Part shown: piece by piece, positions 41,391-50,989 of the stretch
How positions within the stretch are numbered: position 1 is the stretch's first letter
How the letters are laid out: each line of letters starts with the position of its first letter
DNA from: Enoplolaimus lenunculus
Taxonomy: Eukaryota
DNA: 50,990 bases
Reading direction: 5' to 3'
Assembly: GCA_030248215.1 (NCBI GenBank)
Contig: JASANG010002537.1
Location: forward strand, 558,001 to 608,990
The notes under the pieces: model-generated
The model's database searches: none
What the model was told of the DNA's origin: nothing
Seen by the model: only the letters and a program-made list of their open reading frames with translations
Made by a program: the position numbers and the translations under genes

Positions 41391-41589
41391 GCCCATGAAT
41401 GTGTTGTCAGAATGAATTTCGTATTGTCAAAATAGCCGTCTTTTGCTAGACAGACACAGCGCTTTGGTTGATAAATTAGAACCAACGTTTTGTATTTCAT
41501 ATGCCGTAACGTAAAAAACAATAATAGTGCATACGTACTTTATAACATTTTTACATTACATAAACACCAAATTTTTATTCATCTCTTCA

Positions 41590-43200
41590 ACACGCACCGA
41601 ATTAAGTAATGATTGTATTACAAATTTGGCCCCGGCAAATCAAATGTGAGGTCAGTTGTCAAATCAAGAGTTTGCCCTAAGAGGAAGTGAATCCCTGTAT
41701 CTGCTTCATTAGAACAAAAAGAACATTCATTTGTTACTGCTAATAAGATTAGGCAAATGGTAGTTCAGACTACAATGCCCACTCAGCACTCTGACACGGT
41801 TCATTTTGTGCTACAGCAAGGCAAGAAAATCTTAAAGTGCATACGAGGAGAATGAGCTGCCCAATAGCGCTTAGCTTTCTTCGTTTGTCTTTCAATCGAG
41901 CTAATTACTGTCGATAGCGCTACATTAGAAAATAATTCTGAACCATGCAATAACGTAGTCGATGCAAGACAATTCTCAATGTCGAGACCCTCTGCCTGGA
42001 AAACCGAACAATACGATCCCAGTGGAATACGAATTCACAGCGAAATATGGAATATGTACAACAGCCCCTGTACCTTTATAAGAATTAAACTCAGAAGAAA
42101 TCTGAGATCCATCAGTGAAGGAGCATAAATGAACAATGTTCTCACAGTTATCACTGAACGGAATTGTTGTGAACCAATTTTATCATTATGAAATGCTTTG
42201 GTCATATAATCGGTAGGTAGGAATGCATTTTTGACGACCTCAAAGCTAAACTTCGATTTGAATTGTGCTTAATTGCATCATAATCTCCCCATAAGTCCAT
42301 AGAATTTAATCGACAAAAATCTTTGATTGCCTCAAGTTTACATCTTTCACAAATTAGAACAATACCCAGAAAACCAGGGTGCAACCGGAATTACAGTTTA
42401 CCGGAACCGGAATTTGAAAAAATTACCGGAAACGGAACCGGAAAATGAAAAATACATATCACCGAGAAGTTCATTTTAATTTTCTTTTTTGCAATATTAT
42501 TGGGGAAATAACCCAAATTTGAATACCGGAATTTTTAATTCCGGTAAAAATTTACCGGAATTTTGGCTCCGGAATTTAGTCAAAGATGACACCTAAATAC
42601 TTAACTTCCTTGCTGAGACCGAGCTTACGTTGATGAAGAAAAATACCTGGAACGACACAAATTTTCCGTCTTCCAGAAAAATGTAACAAATGGGTCTTAA
42701 GTGCTTAAACCTCCACGCCATTTTTCATGCAATACAACAACCACGAACTGTTTTTCAGCGCCCAATTTATTCTGCGCGCTTCAATGCCCAGCGATGTGCC
42801 CTGTGCCAATATCACAACATCGTCGGAATATGCTTCAGGAAATATAACCTGTTTACCTAACTGCACTAACAAATCGTCCACTCCACTATCATTGACCATA
42901 AAAAAGGTGACAGAACACCGCCTTGTGGGCAACCTTGATGTACACGAACTTTTGTTTGTGTAGAACCCATTTGAGTCAGTACAGTTCTGCAGCAGATGAG
43001 ATTAGTTATACATCTAGTAATCGTTTTATCTACTCGAAAATCTCTTCAGAGCATTCTGTATTGAGAGAAAGGAAGTTTCGTGAAACGTTCCGCCAATGTC
43101 CAGAAAGACACCACGGGTATAGAAGGACCTTTCTCAATCATCGATGCAACAATGTGAAGGGCTGTCAGTGTCGACTTAAGTAAACATAATTTTAACTTCT
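41590..43200 (-). pseudogene. Decayed non-LTR retrotransposon ORF2 (RT + RNase H + C-terminal Cys/His region; I/R1/LOA-like)
   Basis: RT motif AYSDDVVIL (~42820), RNase H motifs FTDGS (~42110) and LGSYCSVFQAE (~42000), and RVLSGHCSLNYHL (~41780), collinear but with stops and frameshifts; interrupted by a truncated MITE at 42375. Confidence 0.75.
42375..42575. mobile_element. Truncated copy of the CAGGGTGCAACCGG hAT MITE inside the LINE remnant
   Basis: One TIR plus an internally deleted body homologous to 43386-43765. Confidence 0.7.
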
Positions 43201-43385
43201 TAACTTCTGTTCATACCCGATTTCACCTCCGGCTTCGATTTTTCACCGCCGGATGCGCTCTGGTACTGATGATAATCGTCCGCCAAGTTAAGTTAATCAA
43301 ACCATGGTTAACAAAACCGATATTTTAAGCATCACCATATTTGCCTTTTTGTCACTGAAGGAAATTCTCTGATTTATCTGCCAAT

Positions 43386-43765
43386 CAGGGTGCAACCGGA
43401 ATTACAATTTACCGGAACCGGAATTTGAAAATTTTACCGGAACCGGAAAGTGAAAAATGCATTTCACCAAAAATTTCATTTTAATCGTATTTTTTTGCTG
43501 AATTTTTCGTGAAACAACCTTAGTCGAACATAGGTATTTATTTTATTTGTTGTATTTTAGATTTTCGTCGTCGACTGAAGTGAAATCCACCATCAATGGC
43601 TTATATTCGGAGTACAAGTGGCTTTCAAAAGAGATTCGTAAAAATTAGCAAAGTTAAGAAAACGGCCAAATTATAACACCGGAATTTTTAAATCCGGTAA
43701 AAATTTACCCGAACCGGAACTTGAAAAAATGCCGGAACCGGAACCGGTATTCCGGTCGCACCCTG
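43386..43765. mobile_element. hAT MITE, inverted copy of 40742-41126
   Basis: Same TIRs; flanks ctgccaat / ctgccaag (7/8 TSD match). Confidence 0.85.
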
Positions 43766-44520
43766 CTGCCAAGATATAAAAACAACTAAGCCCGTTAATT
43801 CAAACATCAGTGCATGTTGCTCAAATATTAACCCGGCCGGCCGACACTGTAAACAATACGAAAACGGCCCAAACGGCCAAAAAAATTACCATAACTAACT
43901 TTAATGACGATAACCACACCAAACTTGCATAGCGTCTCAGTTCTCACACAATGTTATAGAGCTAATGCTTGGTTTGGCATTAATATAATTATTGATCGAA
44001 ATACATTTGTAACCCCAGACATCCGTGTATAATCCAATGCAAAACTAACTACTAGTTACCTACTACGACTACCAACGTATGAATACGTACGAAAAAATAC
44101 ACAACAGAAAGAATAACGCACGCTGTCTCATTTATTATGTATTCAGTAAAACCATAAAAATTAAATTACGTATGTTAGTTTTTCTCAATAAGCATATGCA
44201 TAATACATGTGGCCGGCCGGCAAAAGCTGAACGTATTTGCATATACAAAGCAGCATATTAACGTTTCTATGGCCCAACGATGTACTAGGAACTAGTATCA
44301 TGCCATGCTGAACAGGCAAATAACACCCACTGATCGTAGCCAGCCGCCAAAATAGATGTTTCCAATACATGCAACACATTTAATTACACCCGGATACAGA
44401 GGCGGATCCAAAAATTTCTGACAGTGGGGTAGATTGGCAAATGTTATAACTTGCAAAGATTGTAAGGTGTAGAACCTTACCATTTTATCACAAAAATTTC
44501 TGGACGTAACAAAGTGTGAA

Positions 44521-45403
44521 ACAATGATCAATAATCAAAACGGTTTTACCAAGGTAACCAATCAATAGTCGACAATGATCAATAATCAAAACGGTTTTAG
44601 CAAGATAACCAATCAATAGTCGACAATGATCAATAATCAAAACGGTTTTACCAAGGTAACCAATCAATAGTCGACAATGATCAGTAATCAAAACGGTTTT
44701 ATCAAGATAACCAATCAATCGTCGACAATGATCAATAATCAAAACGGTTTTAGCAAGATAACCAATCAATAGTCGACAATGATCAATAATCAAAACGGTT
44801 TTACCAAGGTAACCAATCAATAGTCGACAATGATCAGTAATCAAAACGGTTTTAGCAAGATAACCAATCAATCGTCGACAATGGTCAATAATCAAAACGG
44901 TTTTAGCAAGATAACCAATCAATAGTCGACAATGATCAATAATCAAAACGGTTTTACCAAGGTAACCAATCAATAGTCGACAATGATCAATAATCAAAAC
45001 GGTTTTAGCAAGATAACCAATCAATAGTCGACAATGATCAATAATCAAAACGGTTTTATCAAGGTAACCAATCAATAGTCGACAATGATCAATAATCAAA
45101 ACGGTTTTACCAAGATAACCAATCAATAGTCGACAATGATCAATAATCAAAACGGTTTTAGCAAGATAACCAATCAATCGTCGACAATGATCAATAATCA
45201 AAACGGTTTTAGCAAGATAACCAATCAATAGTCGACAATGATCAATAATCAAAACGGTTTTACCAAGGTAACCAATCAATAGTCGACAATGATCAATAAT
45301 CAAAACGGTTTTACCAAGGTAACCAATCAATAGTCGACAATGATCAATACTCAAAACGGTTTTATGTTTTACCAAGGTAACCAGGTAACCAATCAATAGT
45401 CGA
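44521..45403. repeat. 51-bp minisatellite, 17 copies
   Basis: Unit acaatgatcaataatcaaaacggttttaccaaggtaaccaatcaatagtcg repeats every 51 nt from 44521 to 45337; last copy degenerate. Confidence 0.95.
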
Positions 45404-46133
45404 ACTCAATACTGGATTCGGCACAGACCGCAGCATTAGCACTATTTAATAACGGTGCTGCAACAAAACATAACAAATTGCAATGCGGCAAGTTGCAACT
45501 ACACTGACGTCTCCTCTGCCCTACAGACATCACGGGGCCACATCTAGTCAAAAAACATTTTCACAGCATCAAAACAATAATATATAGTCTATGACAAGGA
45601 ACACGTCAGTAGTGTAAAAAGGCCGGTTTTACCCCCTCCTCCTCCTCCCTCCTCCTCCGTAAAGCGGAGGAGGAGGAGGGTGGAGGAGGAGGGATGTGTG
45701 CGCAGCCCCCCCTCTCTCGGAGAGGGAGAGGAGGAACTGTGTGCGCAGCCCCCCCCTCTCTCGGAGAGGGAGAGGAGGAACTGTGTTGATGAGCCAATGT
45801 AAAGAACAGGGGCGGAACGGTATTATAAGCATATTCAAGCAAAAAATTAGTCGTAAAGAAACACCTCTGGTTTGTACTTCATTTTGAAAATATATATTTT
45901 GCGAGCCCGTGCTCCCAAACAAAAATATTAATCGCCTACTGCATATTACATTATTTACGCCGTGGGTGATCATGGGAAGATACAACTCAACATCTCTGTC
46001 AATTTTTGACCAATTGTTTTAGGCATGTTTTCAGTTAATAACATAAGAAACCCCTTCCTACAAAATTTCGGAGTATGTTTCCGCTCGTTCGTTTCGCTAG
46101 CGAGTTTGGGGGGGGGCCCATCCCTGCCTGCTC

Positions 46134-46327
46134 CGACGCTGTGTTTTTTCCGTTTCGTTCTCAAATTTTGGTGGCGCCCTATGCACACATTAACTATCAT
46201 TAATCATTATACTTGTACTGTTTTATTTCACGACGCTGTGTTTCTTCCGTTTCGTTCTCAAATTTTGGTGGCGCCCTATGCACACATTAACTATTATTAA
46301 TCATTATACTTGTACTGTTTTATTTCA
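46134..46327. repeat. 97-bp direct repeat x2 in the Maverick subterminal region
   Basis: cgacgctgtgttt...cttgtactgttttatttca at 46134 and 46231, near-identical. Confidence 0.85.
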
Positions 46328-46466
46328 ACGCAGTTACAAACAGTAGTACAGCAGATACATGCTTAGTCTTAGGTCAGGTCGGTTGAAGTTTATATTATTT
46401 CAAAGCAAAAAATGAAAAGAGCTAAAAAACTACGTATTATTTTATTACGTATTTTTCAGCTTTATA

Positions 46467-46766
46467 CGAGCCGTGCACGCCTGGTAACTTCGCCACACGC
46501 AGGCAGCCCCTGGTGATGTGGGAGATGATCGACATCGTCAGTTACCAGGCGGGGTGCCAGATCCCTTCGCGGTCGGCCGTTTGCGTTAGGCTCACACACG
46601 AGTGTCCCCTCCCTGGGCATTTTGCTTGTTGACCAAACCACTGACATTTTACAGCCTGCCCTGCCGTGTCGTGTTAGGGGCGATACGTTCGATCCACCTA
46701 ACCCACGGTAAAGATGCTTGATGTCAGTGGCACCCAAACAAGCAACCTTAGGAATTCAAATTTTTT
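46467..46766 (+). ncRNA. Putative structured RNA (~290 nt), family unknown
   Basis: GC-rich island with nested helices 46478-46489/46540-46551 (12 bp), 46622-46630/46737-46745, 46638-46648/46720-46730, 46662-46668/46704-46710, 46673-46678/46697-46702. G-U pairs favour the plus strand; GTTCGATCC at 46687; T6 at 46761. Confidence 0.5.
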
Positions 46767-47383
46767 AAAAACAATTTATGATTAAGCTGGGATAGCTTAG
46801 GCTTTAGCTTCTGAGTATAGTATGTATACACAAACATATTACATACGTAAAACCTTATAATTTTAATCAATCCTACTAAAAGCTGTATATAACCATTTTC
46901 TTGCTATGCTTAAAAATCAACTTAGTTATATTTTAAAAGAATCGTAATTGCGGTCATTTTACTTGTTAGCTTGTGCCAGTTAAAATTTAATACACCTTGT
47001 GGTTTTTAAATAAGAAAATTGTAATTTCAACAAATTGATCAGATACAGCTTTACCTTGGATTGGTTAAAATCATTTATCTTTACTTGTTTAAAAACCAAA
47101 TTGCATAAAATACTAAGTCTCAACGTTGCGATGCATGACTTTACAGATGGTTTTTCAGCTAGTGTAAGTAGATTTCAAAATCAGTACCTGTTAGTTGCAG
47201 CGTATGAAACTCAGTATTAATTCCGAGTCCTAAAGTTTGGTTTATGTTACTTTTAGCTGCATTACTATTTCTTAAGCCACTGTTTTATATTAAACTCATA
47301 CTTTACATTATCTTTTGCGTTGGCTTAGGCTTAGGAATACGCTTAATCTACAGTTATTAGTCTAAAAGTAACATTGACCAAGA

Positions 47384-47490
47384 TTGCAATGGTCCACGGG
47401 GGATAATCCCCAACCCAACACATGAGCGTCAGGTTACCCCATCGCCGTAGGGGCCGCCCCTGGTAGCTGTGCAAGCAGCCGCAGGTTTTG
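47384..47490 (-). ncRNA. Structured RNA motif, copy 1 (family unknown)
   Basis: Homologous to 49901-50004 with compensatory changes in a minus-strand stem; flanks are not homologous. Confidence 0.6.
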
Positions 47491-47709
47491 TTTTTTTTAT
47501 TTTTTCGTTGTTTCTTTTATTTTTTATGTTAGGAATAAAGTATATATATAATTCAGGGTTTCAGCATTGGTATAAACATATTTCTAAGCCTAACAATTAA
47601 GAGCAAGTCTAAACCTAAGCTAAAAAGTGGCTTAAAGCTTAAGCTTAATCCTACGATAAAACGGTATAACCCTGAATTATATATAGGTAAAAGTAACAAA
47701 ACAATATAA

Positions 47710-47975
47710 TCAATTAACTCTTCGTACACTAGCGCAAGGTCTTTGCCGTGAGTTCTTTCGAACCCAAGGCTCATAATTTTCATTTTTTTGTTCTTGTTGT
47801 TGTCGTTGTTGTTCTTGATGTTGTTGCTGTTGCTGCTGCTGTTGGTGTTGCTGTTGCAGTTGTTGCTGCTGCTGCTGCATATGTTGTTGTTTTTGTTGTT
47901 GTTGTTGTTGTTCTTGTTGTTGTTGTTGTTGTTCTTGTTGTTGTTGTTGCTGCTGCTCCTGCTGCTGCTGTTGCA

Positions 47976-48006
<31 letters not shown>

Positions 48007-48264
48007 TTCTTGTTGTTGTTGCTGCTGCTCCTGCAGCTGCTGCTGCAGTTGTTGTTGTTGTTGTTGTTGTTGCTGCTGCTGCTGCTGCTGCTGTTGTTGT
48101 TGCTTCATGCGCAGTGTGATTCGAACCTTTCGCTGCGCTTCTAAACGAGCAGCTAATGCTGCCCGCTTCACCCGCAATATATCGTCAGGGCGCTCGCTCT
48201 GACACCCGACATCATAGATCGCGCGCCTGCGAGCGCCCCAACGGTTGTAGTTTTTTGGCAGCAT
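47710..48264 (-). CDS. Maverick-borne poly-Q/E low-complexity protein, 184 aa
   Basis: Intact ORF with non-repetitive basic N- and C-termini; ATG sits immediately after an acceptor (atattttag|ATG); AATAAA downstream. No homology recognised. Confidence 0.5.
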
Positions 48265-48809
48265 CTAAAATATGCAGTCATATATTTTCAACATTAACTT
48301 GTCAAAGAAAGACAACTCTCCATTTAAAAACATGAAACGCTAGCAAAAAAACTTAAATAGCTGCTCAATGAAAACATAAAAGAACTGTCAATGTAAAACA
48401 TTTACAATATTTCAAAACTTTAATAAGCTAACTTTAGTAAGTAAGTTAACTCACCGTAAGTATTTTGAAAAATTTGTGTTAATTGTAAAAATTATTACAC
48501 AATTATGTTAGGTAATCTGTAATATTAAAAAGTAAAGCTAGATTTCTGTTTATTTTCATTATATTTGTAGGTTCACAAATATTAGGAATTAGCTTAAGTT
48601 TAGCAACCTTAGCAGTATAAACTTTAGTTGCGTTGAAATCAAAATCTTAGCTTTGCCAAAGTTATATCTGCACCTTAAAAACCAAACATTTAAAATCTCA
48701 GAAATTGGAAACCTAAAACATTGAAGACAATAATATCGAACTCACTAAAATTGAAACTGACTAAAAATCACAAATTGCTGGTTTATAAACATAAATCTAC
48801 ACCTGTTGA

Positions 48810-49700
48810 TAAAATCAAGTTTAAAACAAAAATGACGCCTTTAAGCTTGGCTATACCAGAGAATAAAGCAATCTTACCGAAAATAGCGTTACGTAATTAA
48901 TTATTGGGTTTTATAAAAATAAACATATAGAATAAATGTTACAATATCAATTAATGCCTAGTTTAGAAATAGGCAACTAATACACTTAAAATAAAAATGA
49001 CGCCTTTAAGCTTGGGTAGATAAAAAGAATACTTACCGAAAATAGTGTTAGGTAATTAATTATTAGGTTTTATAAAAATAAACATTTAGAATAAATGTTA
49101 CAATATCAATTAATGCTTAGTTTAGAAATAGGCAACTAATACACTTAAAATAAAAATGACGCCTTTAAGCTTGGGTAGATAAAAAGAATACTTACCGAAA
49201 ATAGTGTTAGGTAATTAATTATTAGGTTTTATAAAAATAAACATTTAGAATAAATGTTACAATATCAATTAATGCTTAGTTTAGAAATAAGCAACTAATA
49301 CACTTAAAATAAAAAATGATGCCTTTAAGCTTGGGTAGATAAAAAGAATACTTACCGAAAATAGTGTTAGGTAATTAATTATTAGGTTTTATAAAAATGA
49401 AGATATAAAAGAAATTTTACAATATTATTAATAGCTAGGTTAGAAATAAGCAACTAATACACTTAAAAGAAAAGTGACGCGTTTAAGCTTGGCTATACAA
49501 GAGAATAAAGCAAACTTACCGAAAATATGACTATGTAGTTAATTATTAGATTTTATAAACCTGAAAATAAAAAAGAAATGTTACAATATCAATTGATGTC
49601 CTGTAAAAAATAATTAACTACACTTAGAATAAAAATGACGCCTTCAAGCTTGGGTATACAAATAAGAATAAAAGAAACTTACCAAAAGTAGATACTAAAA
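48810..49700. repeat. ~160-bp tandem repeat, ~6 copies, inside the Maverick
   Basis: Anchor atgacgcctttaagcttgg (and variants) at 48832, 48997, 49156, 49316, 49474, 49635; spacing 158-165 nt. Confidence 0.9.
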
Positions 49701-49900
49701 ACAACTTTACAATGCAGAGGTTACGTATGGTTTATGTAGAGGTTTTCGAAGACCCATAAATATCCAAAATAATTTCCAACTAAATTGTTTTGCATTTTAG
49801 GATACCGTCAATACTAGGTCTCTCATAAAAATTTGGCTTCAAATTTTTCTGACCTACATTACAAATTAACTAAAAGCAAGTTTATTAAACATTTTCACAT

Positions 49901-50004
49901 TTGCGATGGTCAACGGGGGATAATCCCCAGCCCAGCATATAGCCAGACTACCCCATCGCCGTAGGGGCCGCTCCTGGTAGCTGAGCAAGCAGCCGCAGGT
50001 TTTG
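49901..50004 (-). ncRNA. Structured RNA motif, copy 2 (family unknown)
   Basis: See copy 1 (47384-47490); lies ~550 nt downstream of the PolB stop codon. Confidence 0.6.
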
Positions 50005-50554
50005 CGTTTTTTCAATTTTTATTTTTAAAGGCACAATTATATTATAAATTCACAAAATATTACAAAGTTACGGTGATAATATACAAATTGCTATAATGTA
50101 CAATCTTTATGTCTTCTTTCCGTTTTTCAACATGTGGTTTTGTTGACACACTCCACCACCATAATTTTAAGTGCACGGTCTATACATCTACAAGTTGACT
50201 CAAGGAGGTTTTGTTTCCTTATTTTCAAAGTTATATTGTTTATAAATAAAAAAAATTGGCAGCTTTCATATAAATAAAGCTTATATATGGCAATTTAACA
50301 CTACCCTTCATAAATGCCATTTGCATTTATCAAAAGGGCTCCGTGTTTAAACGTTTAGCAAACAAACGGTCATAAATGTAAAATAAGCAGACCATCTGTG
50401 CAAAAGTTTTTTTGGTGGTATCCGGAGCATTACATATCAAACCGTTTCACCAATCATAATCGTGTTTTCAGTTTTACCCCCACAGTTTACAAATTATAAT
50501 CAAACATAGTTTATAAGCATGAATTATTACATGAACATGATACATTATTACAAG

Positions 50555-50989
50555 TTATTCATTATTCATTTCATCTAATAAACTCATAAAATCAATATCG
50601 TCTATACAATAATGACCATAAGCATATGAACAAACACCATCATTTAAAATGTACCGCTTATCATCAAAGGCACTTAAACCTACTTTATTCTGACTTATCG
50701 TATGCATTATATGCTTTTCTGACCTTATATATTTCATTAAATGTCTTTGCTTTGTATGCTTGAACAAAACATTTACATAATTTCTATGACAAATGTCATT
50801 TTTCACTACACATTTCTTAATCCCTTTTGCTCGTTTCTTTTCAGTATCCCCGCATTTTATACTATACATTTTCGATCTAAGCCCAACAAACTCATCAATC
50901 GGTTCTCCTGCAGTTTCATCTTTCATTTTTCCCAAAACCTTTTTGTTTTTAGTTGAAAATAATGGGTGGTTAGGTGGTACATTAACGAT
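50555..50989 (-). CDS. Protein-primed family-B DNA polymerase, C-terminal part (Maverick/Polinton type), 5'-partial
   Basis: Open to the window edge: PPNHPLFSTKNKKVLGKMKDE...EFVGLRSKMYS...KRAKGI...KVGLSAFDDKRYIL...SYAYGHY, the typical pPolB C-terminal motifs of Polintons. Confidence 0.92.
   Translation of the reverse strand: MVNVPPNHPLFSTKNKKVLGKMKDETAGEPIDEFVGLRSKMYSIKCGDTEKKRAKGIKKCVVKNDICHRNYVNVLFKHTKQRHLMKYIRSEKHIMHTISQNKVGLSAFDDKRYILNDGVCSYAYGHYCIDDIDFMSLLDEMNNE

Noticed and set aside
44521..45403. CRISPR-like array or real 302-aa repeat protein
   Set aside because: Units are contiguous with no unique spacers, there are no cas genes, and the context is eukaryotic. The ORF arises because 51 is a multiple of 3 and it has no ATG.
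46580..46705. Telomerase RNA template (CCUAACCC or TTAGGCT) in the structured island
   Set aside because: Matches are only 7-8 nt, CCUAAC is sequestered in a helix, and I see no adjacent telomerase-type pseudoknot or H/ACA box.
47748..48144. Plus-strand poly-V/A and poly-L ORFs
   Set aside because: Antisense shadows of the CAA/CAG tract; the same applies to ORFs 11926..12248 and 4013..4237.
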